The notes beneath the pieces were generated by a model, which worked only from the letters and a program-made list of their open reading frames with translations, did no database searches and was not told the DNA's origin. The position numbers were made by a program, and so were the translations under genes. A DNA stretch of 56,392 nt from an archaeon (GTDB lineage: Archaea > Nanobdellota > Nanobdellia > Pacearchaeales > GW2011-AR1). Shown here piece by piece: positions 1 through 10,068 of this stretch. The stretch lies in NCBI GenBank assembly GCA_009992175.1, contig JAACWA010000015.1:1-56392 (forward strand), given 5' to 3'. Within the stretch, counting starts at the first letter, position 1. Each line of letters begins with the position of its first letter.

Positions 1-75
1 GAGCTATGGGTGGTTATAAGAAAACAAAGTAAGAATTCGTTTTTAAAAGTTTGGATAAATAAAGAATAGATTCAA

Positions 76-1446
76 TTATTCACTCTTTTGGTCAGCGAGG
101 AAGAAAGCCTTATTTGAATTAACTTCCTTTTGTTTTCCTTCTCTTTCAAACATTGCATAAGCTGAAGGGAGAGCAAAACGACCTAGAACTCCAACTCTAG
201 AGTAAATTACATATGACAGCATTCTCTTTTCTCCAGCTTCAAGTGTTCCAAGTTCCCACTCAAACATTCTCTTTGTTTTGTTAAACCTTTTTGGAGTTTC
301 TCCTCCAAACCTTTCATAAATTTTAACTAATGGAGGAAGCCTGTCAAAGATTCTTACATTTTCAATGAACTTTCTTGATTCAATGTTAATCATAATTTTT
401 AGAGCAAATTCTCCCCCTTTTGCATTCATAAATGAAACTCTTTTTCTTAAGACTATATCTGTTTTAGAATATTTCCTTGCAAAAATAACAGTTAAAATAA
501 CTAAAAGAATTACTAAAAATGGAATAAACCAATTAGTTTTTACTTCAACTTCAAAGGATTCACCTGGATTAATTTTTTTGTTCCAGATATAACTAACAGT
601 AAATCCATCTCTACTAACTGTGTTTGGTTCTGGAGAAAAAGTTGTAAAAATTCTTGAAATACTATTCTTTTTAACAAGAGTTGAAGAATCTTGAACAGTA
701 TTTCCCTCATTAAACTTTTTAATTAAAGTTGTGGAAATAATAAGTCCATATTCTTTTACATCTTCCCTTAAAATATTCTTTTCTTTAAAATCAATACTTT
801 CTTCAATATGGGCTGAAATATCTTTTATTTCTAAGTCTGAAAGAAGGGTATAAAATCCTGCAGTTAATTTTGAGAAATCATCTTTATTTAATTCAATTTT
901 AAAGTCCTCTTTTCCATAGGGAGGAATGTCTACAACTCTATCCTCTTCGAAAAATGGAGAAGATAAATGAACTTTTAATCCCTTAAAATCAAAGTTTACT
1001 TGGTTTTCTAAATAAATATTAACTGAACCCGATTCAGGATTAATTGAATCCGCTCCAAGTTTGAACGCATCTTTTAATTCTATTACCCTAACTGTTAACT
1101 TTTCTTCAACTTCAGACTTATTATCTCCCTGAACAAAATAAGGAAATGAAACTTGTCCTCTTAATTTTAAATCACTTCTTGGAGAAACTTTAAACTCAAC
1201 TAATTTAGTTTCACCAGCGTTTATTTGTATTGATTCATTTGGAGAAACTACTGGTCCAAAAAAAGTATAAAAAGAAAATTCATCTGAAGCACCATTATTT
1301 GTTACATTCAAAATAAAATTTGCTGGACTTTGTAATCCTGCAACCATAATCTCTTTATCTGAGACTTTTTGAATGTTTAAATTTACTGCCAAAACTGGTT
1401 GAATTAGGAAAAGCATTAAAATCAAAATAAAATACATTTTTTTCAT
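76..1446 (-). CDS. Secreted/membrane-anchored beta-rich surface protein (Ig-like domains, one TM, C-terminal domain)
   Basis: Signal peptide MKKMYFILILMLFLIQPVLA; beta-rich segments; TM helix WFIPFLVILLVILTVIFA followed by a DUF11-like C-terminal domain. Confidence 0.6.
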   Translation of the reverse strand: MKKMYFILILMLFLIQPVLAVNLNIQKVSDKEIMVAGLQSPANFILNVTNNGASDEFSFYTFFGPVVSPNESIQINAGETKLVEFKVSPRSDLKLRGQVSFPYFVQGDNKSEVEEKLTVRVIELKDAFKLGADSINPESGSVNIYLENQVNFDFKGLKVHLSSPFFEEDRVVDIPPYGKEDFKIELNKDDFSKLTAGFYTLLSDLEIKDISAHIEESIDFKEKNILREDVKEYGLIISTTLIKKFNEGNTVQDSSTLVKKNSISRIFTTFSPEPNTVSRDGFTVSYIWNKKINPGESFEVEVKTNWFIPFLVILLVILTVIFARKYSKTDIVLRKRVSFMNAKGGEFALKIMINIESRKFIENVRIFDRLPPLVKIYERFGGETPKRFNKTKRMFEWELGTLEAGEKRMLSYVIYSRVGVLGRFALPSAYAMFEREGKQKEVNSNKAFFLADQKSE

Positions 1447-1503
1447 GTTAAAAAATCGTAGATTTTCTATTTAAACATTTCTATAGTTAATTGAAGAAGA
1501 AAA

Positions 1504-2010
1504 TTATTTATCTGCGCTTTCTAAATCTAAAAAAGACTTAGCTTGACCTAAAAATTCATCAGAAATTCCCGAAAGTTTATCCTCAAACTCTTCTATTCTT
1601 TGAGAAATAATCCACTTTTCATAAATTCCTCTCCAAATTTTCATTCTTCCAGAGGTCTCAAACTTCCCATCATAGTCTCTAACTAAAGAAGACTTCAATT
1701 TTAGAGTAATTGAACCACTATTTGTTTTAACTTTCGCTCCTCCACGATTAACTTCTACTTCACTTAGTTGGTCAATTCTAAAATCGAGTTTAATTTCAAA
1801 CTGAAAATAATCTGTAATATCCTTATTACAAATCCATTTGAATTTTACTTCCTTTGTTGGACCCCCTATTTTCTCTCCATACTCACTTTCCTCTACTTCC
1901 ATCCCTTTCTCTTCAGTTAACCAATTATAACAAAATTGATAAAAGTCTTTAAAATTAAAATAGCCCTTATAACTTATCTTACTTGAATACACCTCATCTT
2001 GCTCTGACAT
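1504..2010 (-). CDS. Hypothetical protein
   Basis: 168-aa ORF with host-like codon usage and an upstream TATA-like element; no recognised motif. Confidence 0.6.
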   Translation of the reverse strand: MSEQDEVYSSKISYKGYFNFKDFYQFCYNWLTEEKGMEVEESEYGEKIGGPTKEVKFKWICNKDITDYFQFEIKLDFRIDQLSEVEVNRGGAKVKTNSGSITLKLKSSLVRDYDGKFETSGRMKIWRGIYEKWIISQRIEEFEDKLSGISDEFLGQAKSFLDLESADK

Positions 2011-2108
2011 GAAAATAATATGAATTTTTATTTTAAATATTCTTCTGTTGCATAAATCTTTAAATAATTGAGAAAAGTTCAGATTGTATGGTAAACAAAG
2101 GGGATTTT

Positions 2109-3704
2109 ATGTCTGAAAATGTTGAGAGAACTGTTGGACGTGATGCTCAGAGAAATAATATCTTAGCAGCAAAACTTGTAAGTGAGGTAGTTAAAACTAC
2201 TCTTGGCCCAAAAGGGATGGATAAAATGTTAGTTAGCCCTACTAATGAAATTATTGTTACAAATGATGGAGTAACAATTCTTAGTGAGATGCAAATTGAA
2301 CATCCTGCAGCAAAAATGATGGTTGAGATTGCTAAAACTCAAGAAAAAGAAGTGGGAGATGGAACAACTACTTCAGTTATGATTGCAGGTAAACTTTTAG
2401 AAAATGCTGAAAAACTTCTTGACAAAAAAATTCATCCAACAGTTATTGTTAAAGGTTACCGAATGGCTCAAGAAAAAGCTCAAGAAATTTTAAGTGAAAT
2501 TTCATTAAAAATTGCTCCTGAAAATGAAGAAATTTTAAAACAAATTGCTATGACTGCTATGACTGGCAAAGGTGCTGAGGGTGAAAAAGAAAGGTTTTCA
2601 GAAATTTTAGTTAGAGCAGTAAAATTAGTTCAAACTGGAAATAAGGTCGACAGCGACGACATAAAAATAGAAAAAGTTGTAGGAGAAGGAATAAGGGATA
2701 CTGAACTAGTCAAAGGAATTATAATTGACAAAGAAAGAATTTCAAAAGAAATGCCTTCTTTTGTTCAAAATTCTAAAGTATTGGTTATTGATTTTCCTCT
2801 TGAAATAAAAAGTCCTGAGGTTGATACCAAAATTTCTATAACAAGTCATTCCGAATTACAAAATTTCTTGAATGAAGAAGAGAAATCAATTAAAAATATG
2901 GTTGAAAAAATTGTTGCGACTGGATGTAATGTACTTTTTTGCCAAAAAGGAATTGATGACTTTGCGAGATACCTCTTGTCTAAAGCTGGAATTTATGTTT
3001 GTAGAAGGGTTGGAAGGTCTGACATTGAAAGAATTTCAAAAGCAACTCAAACAAAAATTATTTCTAATTTAAATGAAATTGACTCGGTTTTATTGGGAGA
3101 AGCTGGAAGTGTTGAGGAAATAAAATCTGGTGGAGAATATTTAACTTATTTAAGAGATTGTAAAAATCCTAAATTAGTTACAATTCTTGTTCATGGGGGG
3201 ACAAAACATGTTGTTGATGAGATTGGTCGTGCATTGCTTGATGGGCTTCTTGATATCTCTAGTGCTCTTGAAAGTGGACTTGTAGTTCCTGGAGGGGGGG
3301 CAATTGAAATTGAAATAGCAAAAAGACTAAAAGAATTTGGACAAACTCTTCCTGGTCGTGAACAGCTTGCAGTTGAAGAATTTGCAAATGCTTTGGAGTT
3401 TATTCCGATTACTTTAGCTGAAAATGCGGGAATTGACCCAATTGATGTTTTAACTGAACTAAAAGCAAAACATGATTCAGGGGATATGAATGCCGGAATA
3501 AACCTTTTTACTAATAGAGTTGAAAATGTTTTAAATTCAAAAATAATTGAACCCGCTAAAATAAAAATTCAGGCAATAAATTCAGCGACGGATGTTGCAA
3601 CGATGATCCTTAGAATTGATGACATTATTCTTTCAAAACCAAACAAAAAAGGAAGAATGAATGACCTTGGAAGTTTACCTAATTATATGGAAGGGTTGAG
3701 TTAA
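2109..3704 (+). CDS. ths: Thermosome subunit (group II chaperonin)
   Basis: [36 protein letters not shown] motifs; ATG 2109 follows a GGGGA SD-like sequence (alternative start 2088). Confidence 0.97.
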   Translation: MSENVERTVGRDAQRNNILAAKLVSEVVKTTLGPKGMDKMLVSPTNEIIVTNDGVTILSEMQIEHPAAKMMVEIAKTQEKEVGDGTTTSVMIAGKLLENAEKLLDKKIHPTVIVKGYRMAQEKAQEILSEISLKIAPENEEILKQIAMTAMTGKGAEGEKERFSEILVRAVKLVQTGNKVDSDDIKIEKVVGEGIRDTELVKGIIIDKERISKEMPSFVQNSKVLVIDFPLEIKSPEVDTKISITSHSELQNFLNEEEKSIKNMVEKIVATGCNVLFCQKGIDDFARYLLSKAGIYVCRRVGRSDIERISKATQTKIISNLNEIDSVLLGEAGSVEEIKSGGEYLTYLRDCKNPKLVTILVHGGTKHVVDEIGRALLDGLLDISSALESGLVVPGGGAIEIEIAKRLKEFGQTLPGREQLAVEEFANALEFIPITLAENAGIDPIDVLTELKAKHDSGDMNAGINLFTNRVENVLNSKIIEPAKIKIQAINSATDVATMILRIDDIILSKPNKKGRMNDLGSLPNYMEGLS

Positions 3705-3735
3705 CTTTTTATATCCTTTTTTTATTTTTTAGTTT

Positions 3736-4842
3736 ATGAATTACCACCTCATCCTAACTGAAAAGTGTAACCTTCGTTGTAAATATTGTTATGAAAAATC
3801 TATGGCTGAGTTTGATAATGGACTTGGGAAAAAATGGGAGTATGACAACGAAACTCCCTTTGACAGTGAAGTTGAAATAAAAAAAATAAAAAATTTTGTA
3901 AAACCAACTGACAGACTTATTTTTTATGGAGGGGAACCTCTTGTAATGAGTAAAAAAATAAAAGAGATTATGAATAACTTGGATTCGAAATTTGGTATCC
4001 AGACAAATGGTTTACTTTTGAAAAGACTTCCTTTTGAATATATTAAGAAAATAGATAAAATGCTTATTTCTATTGATGGGGAAGAAGAAAGAACTGATTT
4101 TAATCGTGGAAAAGGTACTTACAATTTAGTTTTAAAAAATTTAAAAAAATTAAGAAGTCTTGGATATAATGGGGAAGTTGTTGCGAGAATGACTTTAAAC
4201 TTTCCTGATGTTTTTCGACAAGTTAAAAGTATAATAAGTTTAATAGATGAAAAGGTTTTCAATTCAGTGCATTGGCAAATTGATGCTGGGTTTTACAAAT
4301 TTGACTTTGATAAAATTAAATTTACTAAATTTGTAGAAGAATATAACAATGAAATAACTAAATTGATTAATTTTTGGGTTGAAAAAATGCACGACGGAAA
4401 AGTATACAAAATTTATCCTTTTCTTGGAATTTTTAATCGCTTGGTTGGATATGACAAAGAAACTCGTCTTCCGTGTGGTTCTGGATATAAAAACTTCACA
4501 ATAAACACTTCTGGAAAGGTTTCAGCTTGCCCAATTATGAATTCAGTTAAAAAATTTTATTGTGGAGACATAGAGAAGGGTATCCAAAAAGAAATTATAA
4601 TTGAAGATTTAGAGTGTCAAAAATGCTCAGTTAAAGATATTTGCGGAGGACGTTGCATTTATTGGAGGGATGCAAAACTTTGGCCTCCTGAGGGAGATGA
4701 ATTAATTTGTAACACTATAAAACATTTAATTGATTCAATTAGAAAAAAAGTTCCTGAAATTGAAAAACTTCTTGATGAGAAAATTGTTAAAAAAGAACAG
4801 TTTGATTTTGAAAAATATTTTGGGCCAGAAATTATTCCTTAG
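3736..4842 (+). CDS. Radical SAM/SPASM domain protein, AF0577-like (TIGR04084-type)
   Basis: CNLRCKYC (CX3CX2C), FYGGEP, SPASM cysteines (PCGSG..ACP..CQKC..ICGGRC), C-terminal EIIP. Confidence 0.85.
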   Translation: MNYHLILTEKCNLRCKYCYEKSMAEFDNGLGKKWEYDNETPFDSEVEIKKIKNFVKPTDRLIFYGGEPLVMSKKIKEIMNNLDSKFGIQTNGLLLKRLPFEYIKKIDKMLISIDGEEERTDFNRGKGTYNLVLKNLKKLRSLGYNGEVVARMTLNFPDVFRQVKSIISLIDEKVFNSVHWQIDAGFYKFDFDKIKFTKFVEEYNNEITKLINFWVEKMHDGKVYKIYPFLGIFNRLVGYDKETRLPCGSGYKNFTINTSGKVSACPIMNSVKKFYCGDIEKGIQKEIIIEDLECQKCSVKDICGGRCIYWRDAKLWPPEGDELICNTIKHLIDSIRKKVPEIEKLLDEKIVKKEQFDFEKYFGPEIIP

Positions 4843-4869
4843 GGGAATTTTAAATCTAAAAAATTAAAA

Positions 4870-5274
4870 TTATTCTTTTAAATCTCTTAAACATTCAAAA
4901 ATTTTTGATCTTTTTACTTTTTCAAGATATTTATCAAATTCTTTTTGAGCTTCCCATATCACTGCTTCACCAATTGCATTCTTCCAAGAATAAGTATTGG
5001 TTTTACCATCCTTTGTTATTTCGACATAATCTACTCTTAAATCATCACCAAGATTATCAATATATTTTATAATTTTTCCATCTCTTTTCTTCACCGTTAA
5101 TATGTTTTTGTTATTCATTCCATCACTGTTAAAATTTACTTCTTCTCCATCAATATTTTTGTTAAATTCTAGACCATTGTAAGTTCCATTACATTGGCAT
5201 CCACCTATAACTAAAGCTCCAGAAAGCATTAGTGTAATAAGGGTTAAATCTTTTTTCCTTTTATCAAATTTTAT
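4870..5274 (-). CDS. Putative lipoprotein/secreted protein (ATG at 5229; likely extended N-terminus from ATA at 5274)
   Basis: Frame is open upstream of the ATG: IKFDKRKKDLTLITLMLSGALVIGGC, a basic n-region, hydrophobic h-region and lipobox-like Cys. Confidence 0.5.
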   Translation of the reverse strand: MKFDKRKKDLTLITLMLSGALVIGGCQCNGTYNGLEFNKNIDGEEVNFNSDGMNNKNILTVKKRDGKIIKYIDNLGDDLRVDYVEITKDGKTNTYSWKNAIGEAVIWEAQKEFDKYLEKVKRSKIFECLRDLKE

Positions 5275-5783
5275 TTCTTTCCAGGATTACAATTCTGGCA
5301 AGGATGGAACTTTTTCTTTTTAAAATAAGTATTGGTATTTCGAAGTACTAGGTGTTCTTTTTTTATCATCCCTGAAAATCTACACTTTTCTTTGTGATAA
5401 GTGTTTTGTAAAGTTGAACCATAATACTTGAACTTCTTCACTGGTTCTTTTGTTTTGTCAACGTAAACAGTTTTTATTACTGGTTTCTCAACAATTTTAT
5501 CAACGTATTTAATTACTGGTTTCTCAATTATTTTTTCTACTGGTCTATCAATAAATTTGTTTACAATTTTTCTTTTATTAATTTCTAGCCATATCCCTTT
5601 AAACCTTAATACTAAGATTAAAAGAATAATATAAGTTAAAAGTAGGTATATCAATAAAGAAATTTGTGCTTTATCTCCGAGGTTAAAAGTGCTAACACTT
5701 CCAATAAAAAAGAAAATCATTGATATAGCTAAAACTGCCAGTAAGATTATGTCAAAGATTGTTAAAAATTTTCTTGATTCCAT
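5271..5783 (-). CDS. Two-TM membrane protein with V/I-E-K-P repeats and a C-terminal Ada-like metal-binding domain
   Basis: Two hydrophobic helices; VEKIIEKPVIKYVDKIVEKPVIK; YH..C...PCQNC. Confidence 0.6.
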   Translation of the reverse strand: MESRKFLTIFDIILLAVLAISMIFFFIGSVSTFNLGDKAQISLLIYLLLTYIILLILVLRFKGIWLEINKRKIVNKFIDRPVEKIIEKPVIKYVDKIVEKPVIKTVYVDKTKEPVKKFKYYGSTLQNTYHKEKCRFSGMIKKEHLVLRNTNTYFKKKKFHPCQNCNPGKK

Positions 5784-5784
5784 T

Positions 5785-7524
5785 TTATCTGAATAAATTT
5801 GAAATCCAAAGCAAGATTCTTTGAATTATATTTAATTTATTGCCTTCGTCCAAATTTAAATAAATGTATTCTTCAGTAGATACTTTTCCAGGATAATTTT
5901 TTTTGTTTTCAGGAATTGTTTCATTGAGTGGACCATTATTTCTTGAACTACAGGATTTACAACCAATTTTATCATCTGTTTTGTCTTCCTTAACTTCAAA
6001 AGTAACTGGTTTACATACAACTTCAGTAGAAGTTTTGGCACAGAAAGTTACAGTATGAGTTCCAATACTTAGACTTAATGAACTTGATATAAAAGTTAAT
6101 GAGGAACTCTCAGCCATTGTAACATTTGCTCCAGAATCTAAACTATATGTTACATTTGAAAATTTATTTACAATTGCTTTAAAGATTATGTTTCCTTTAA
6201 TTATTTCTCCATTTGTCGGAACAATAGGAGTTATCTCCAGTGGACTTGTGGGAGAAGTTATTACCGTAAAAACTACTGTATCACTACCAATATTGCCAGC
6301 AACGTCTTTTGCATATACTTTCCAAGTATTCAATCCTTGTTTTGATATAATTGAGTTAATTGTGTTTGTTCCATTAACACAAGAGAATGAAACATTTCCA
6401 CTTCCAAGGTCATACCAACATTGAGCTAAATGATCTTCAGTAATTATTGTAACCATTTGAGTTTTGTTATAATTGTAAACTGCTCCATTTATTGGATCAC
6501 TTATTTTTACTATCGGGGCAGTTGTATCTATCACAGGTATATTTACTGTAAAAGTAATGGTATCACTACCGACGTTACCCTCAAGGTCAGTACATTGAAC
6601 TGTCCAGGTATTTACTCCATTAATAGAAGTAATTCCTGAAACAACATTATCTCCATTTGTTGGTGAGGAAACTGAAGAAAAATGTGTTCCATCTAAACTA
6701 TAAACACAAAATCTTAAATTGTCTTCTTGAACATTAAAAGTCAAACCTGTTCTTTGTGAACTATAAGTTGCTCCATTTATTGGATCCTTTATTTTTACTA
6801 CTGGAAGAGTTGTATCGGCTGGACTTTGAACTGTAAAAACCACCGTATCACTTCCTACATTACCTGAAAGGTCTTTTGCATATACTTTCCAGGTATTGCT
6901 TCCTTGTTTTGAAATAATTGAATTGATTGTGTTTGTTCCATCATTACATGAAAAAGAAACATTTTCAGAACCTAAGTCATACCAACATTCTTTTAGGTTA
7001 TCCTCAGTAATTGTTGCAACCATTTGAGTTTTGTTTACAGTATATATTGCCCCATTTGTTGGACTCAATATATTTACAACTGGAGAATTTGTATCAACTA
7101 CAATTTTTTTCAAAATTTTAATTTCTAGAGTTGAATAATCCTTTTCTCCACTTAAAGAAGTTGCACTAAATTTTAAAGTGTAAGTTCCAGGAATTAGAAT
7201 TGCAGTATTTAGGGTGTAAATATTATTATACAAATAAGAAAGAGTTGTTTGCTCTACTCCCTCTTTATTTTCTTGTAAAATAAGTGTTGAACCAATTTCA
7301 AGTTTTTCAAGACTTAATTTTTCTCCATGTGAATATGCAACCATTACTAAATTTACAGTGTCTCCCTGTGTTAATGTTTTTGAAGTTGCACTTACATTAT
7401 CTTCATATTTTAAGAAAGTGTTAACAGTACATCCTGATGGACAAGAAGCAGCACTAACTAGAATAGGAACTAAAAGTAAAGAAATAAGGAAGATTCCAAA
7501 TATAATTTTTGATTTTGTTTTCAT
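5785..7524 (-). CDS. Ig-like (Big-type) repeat surface protein / putative adhesin
   Basis: Signal peptide; three ~90-aa repeats DT..P.V.I..P.NGA.Y...NTW.V...D..GN.GSDT..FTV plus a fourth degenerate one; C-terminal amphipathic tail. Confidence 0.8.
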   Translation of the reverse strand: MKTKSKIIFGIFLISLLLVPILVSAASCPSGCTVNTFLKYEDNVSATSKTLTQGDTVNLVMVAYSHGEKLSLEKLEIGSTLILQENKEGVEQTTLSYLYNNIYTLNTAILIPGTYTLKFSATSLSGEKDYSTLEIKILKKIVVDTNSPVVNILSPTNGAIYTVNKTQMVATITEDNLKECWYDLGSENVSFSCNDGTNTINSIISKQGSNTWKVYAKDLSGNVGSDTVVFTVQSPADTTLPVVKIKDPINGATYSSQRTGLTFNVQEDNLRFCVYSLDGTHFSSVSSPTNGDNVVSGITSINGVNTWTVQCTDLEGNVGSDTITFTVNIPVIDTTAPIVKISDPINGAVYNYNKTQMVTIITEDHLAQCWYDLGSGNVSFSCVNGTNTINSIISKQGLNTWKVYAKDVAGNIGSDTVVFTVITSPTSPLEITPIVPTNGEIIKGNIIFKAIVNKFSNVTYSLDSGANVTMAESSSLTFISSSLSLSIGTHTVTFCAKTSTEVVCKPVTFEVKEDKTDDKIGCKSCSSRNNGPLNETIPENKKNYPGKVSTEEYIYLNLDEGNKLNIIQRILLWISNLFR

Positions 7525-7526
7525 TT

Positions 7527-8816
7527 TTAAAAGTCGTACCTGATTCCCCCATATATTTTTACCCCTTCATTTTGAACTTTTCCCAAAATTTTTTCTATTC
7601 CTGCAGTAACCTTAAAATTTTTTTCTTTAAATGGAGCAAGATAAGCTTGAACTTTTGCTGATGGAACTAATCCCTTTTCTGTAGAAGAGTTTGTAAAACA
7701 ATAGGGTTTAGATTCAATTACTTTTTTTCCTTCAAGAAACTCATCAACTCCTTGTGAAGTTAAAGTTGTTGTTTTAGTTTGATATTTTGCTCCTCCAGAA
7801 ACTCCAAGTCCAAAAGTTCCGTTTTCAGTATACCAATTTAATCTGGCTCCTAATCCCCAAGTTCTTTTAGCATTGATATTTTCAACTATATCTCCAGAAG
7901 TTCTTGTGTAAAATTCAAGTTGTTGATTTAACAATTCTGTTTTTTCTACATGTTTTGAATAACTTTGATTAAATTTGTCTATATTCCATTCAACATAAAG
8001 TCCACCCCAAAGACTTCCAGCTTCTCCAGAAGTTAATTTGAAATTTGGACCAGTTCTTAGAGACCAACCACTCTCTCTATCAATTGCTTTTGAAGCTTCA
8101 ACATCCCATGTAAAATTGTCCTCATTCTTTTTTTCTTCTTCAATTCTCTTTTTTTCTTGTTCTGTAAGATAATCTAATTTTTCATTTGCACTATCTAATT
8201 TTTTTGAATTTGCATTTACTACTGAATCAATTCCAGATATTTTCCCTTCAAGACCATCAACTTTTTGTCCAATGCTATCTACTTTTCCTCGAATGTACTT
8301 AACATCATTAAATATAAGAGAATCTAAAACTGAAGCAGTTGGAGCCTCAAATTTTTGAAGATAAAGTTGATGGGGGTCAAAATAGAATGAAGAGATGGGC
8401 GTATTTTTGTTACCAACATTCCCTTTTTCATCACAAATATTAACATTAATCCCATTTCTTAGAACAATTCCAATTGGTTTTGCAGTTCTGTAATTAATAT
8501 TTTTTGGAACTTGAAGTTTTATTCCTGAGGTGTCTTTGTTAAACCAAACACCAATTCCAACAGGATAATTTCCTGAAAGAGAAATTTTTGGACTTTTAGA
8601 ATCTTTAATTGATTTTTCAAGTCCTTTGTCAAACTTAAAACCATAAACAGAATAATTTGAATTTGATTCTAAAAGAACTCCCGCTTTAACTCCTCTTTGA
8701 AGATCAGTCTTCTCTTTATTAGAAAGTTGTTGGGCATTAGTATTTGTTAAAAGAAATCCTCCAGCGATTAAAGGAATACTGAGATATTTTATTAAACCAG
8801 ATTTAAACTTTGTCAT
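7527..8816 (-). CDS. Secreted protein with coiled-coil stalk and C-terminal outer-membrane-type beta-barrel-like domain
   Basis: Start reassigned to ATG 8816 (TATA ATTTATAAAT at 8841-8850); signal peptide ending TNA-QQ; heptad repeats; eight amphipathic strands; terminal YGGIRYDF. Confidence 0.6.
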   Translation of the reverse strand: MTKFKSGLIKYLSIPLIAGGFLLTNTNAQQLSNKEKTDLQRGVKAGVLLESNSNYSVYGFKFDKGLEKSIKDSKSPKISLSGNYPVGIGVWFNKDTSGIKLQVPKNINYRTAKPIGIVLRNGINVNICDEKGNVGNKNTPISSFYFDPHQLYLQKFEAPTASVLDSLIFNDVKYIRGKVDSIGQKVDGLEGKISGIDSVVNANSKKLDSANEKLDYLTEQEKKRIEEEKKNEDNFTWDVEASKAIDRESGWSLRTGPNFKLTSGEAGSLWGGLYVEWNIDKFNQSYSKHVEKTELLNQQLEFYTRTSGDIVENINAKRTWGLGARLNWYTENGTFGLGVSGGAKYQTKTTTLTSQGVDEFLEGKKVIESKPYCFTNSSTEKGLVPSAKVQAYLAPFKEKNFKVTAGIEKILGKVQNEGVKIYGGIRYDF

Positions 8817-8913
8817 TCTATAATTATGACATGATTTCACATTTATAAATGTTCTGTTAATTTCACCTTTTAGAAATAGTGACAATAAACCACTACTGGA
8901 AAGTTAAACAAAA

Positions 8914-9657
8914 TCAATTATTAAAAACACTAAAAAGTTTGTTAAAATTATCTTCTATTTGTTTTTCAACTTTGTCTTCAGGATTTTTCCAAATTTCTGA
9001 AATTTTTTTTATTGATTCTTCTATAAATATTGGCTCATTTTCTTTATCCTTGTGAGGGGAAAGGTATGGGGAATCCGTTTCGGTGAGGATTTTTTCTCTT
9101 GGAATTAATTCAAGCATTTTTTGAAAGTGTTCACTTCTATTAACATTTGTTGGAATAGAAAAGTAATATCCCCGTTCTATTCCTTTGGTAATCAGTTTAA
9201 AATTTCCTGAAAAACAATGAAGAAGAACTTTCACTTTTGGAAAACTTTCTAAAATTTCTAAAACTTCTTTCTCTGCTTTTCTTGAATGAATTATTACTGG
9301 AATTTCAAGTTGTTTTGCAAGTTCGAGTTCTTTAATAAAAACTGCTTTTTGTATTTCAAAATTTTCTTTTGTGTGATGTAGATCTAAACCAATTTCCCCG
9401 ATGGCAGTTATAGATTCTTTGTTTTTCCTTACAAAGTTTTCAAAAATATTAAAGTCAGATAATTTCAATTCTTTACCTGGGTATAACCCAACTGCAACTT
9501 TTATTTTGGAAAACATTTTATTTAACTTTAAACTCTTCTTGGAAGTTTTTAGGTCAACTGAATTTGTAATTACTAATTTTATTTTTTTATTTTCTCCAAT
9601 TTCTTTTACTTTTTCTTCAGTTAGCAAATCTAAGTGTGAATGAACGTCTATTATCAT
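8914..9657 (-). CDS. tatD: TatD family DNase
   Basis: IDVHSH, AIGEIGLD, IIHSR, LLHCFSG, TETDSPY; start reassigned to 9657. Confidence 0.95.
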   Translation of the reverse strand: MIIDVHSHLDLLTEEKVKEIGENKKIKLVITNSVDLKTSKKSLKLNKMFSKIKVAVGLYPGKELKLSDFNIFENFVRKNKESITAIGEIGLDLHHTKENFEIQKAVFIKELELAKQLEIPVIIHSRKAEKEVLEILESFPKVKVLLHCFSGNFKLITKGIERGYYFSIPTNVNRSEHFQKMLELIPREKILTETDSPYLSPHKDKENEPIFIEESIKKISEIWKNPEDKVEKQIEDNFNKLFSVFNN

Positions 9658-9688
9658 AATAATTAAATATTCTTTCAAGTTTATTAAA

Positions 9689-10068
9689 TTGATGAATATT
9701 TTATTTAATAAAAAAGAGATAAAGAGAAACATTAAATTTCTAAAAGAGATTGATACCCTAGATTTAGAGGGTAAAATAAAATATTTTGAGAAAACAATTA
9801 ATCACCAAAGAACTAAGGACAAAAATATGAATCTTGAAAAGTTTATTGAATTAATAAAAAATACCTCTTTTTTTATACAAGATTATTTATTGGTGAAGAT
9901 AAATTAATGCCAATAAGATATGTTATGAATATTTCTGAAAATAGCCTCGGGGATTTGTTCTATGAAATGCATTGTGACCTATCTTCTGAAAATTTTTACA
10001 AAATTCAGAATTTATATAGAGGCATATATCAAAAACTTCTTCAAGATTCAGACCTTAGAAGAAAATAA
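9689..10068 (+). other. Two overlapping small ORFs (9689-9907 and 9907-10068), possibly one frameshifted gene
   Basis: Second frame MPIRYVMNISENSLGDLFYEMHCD... is open upstream back to the T7 run at 9868-9874. Confidence 0.35.
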
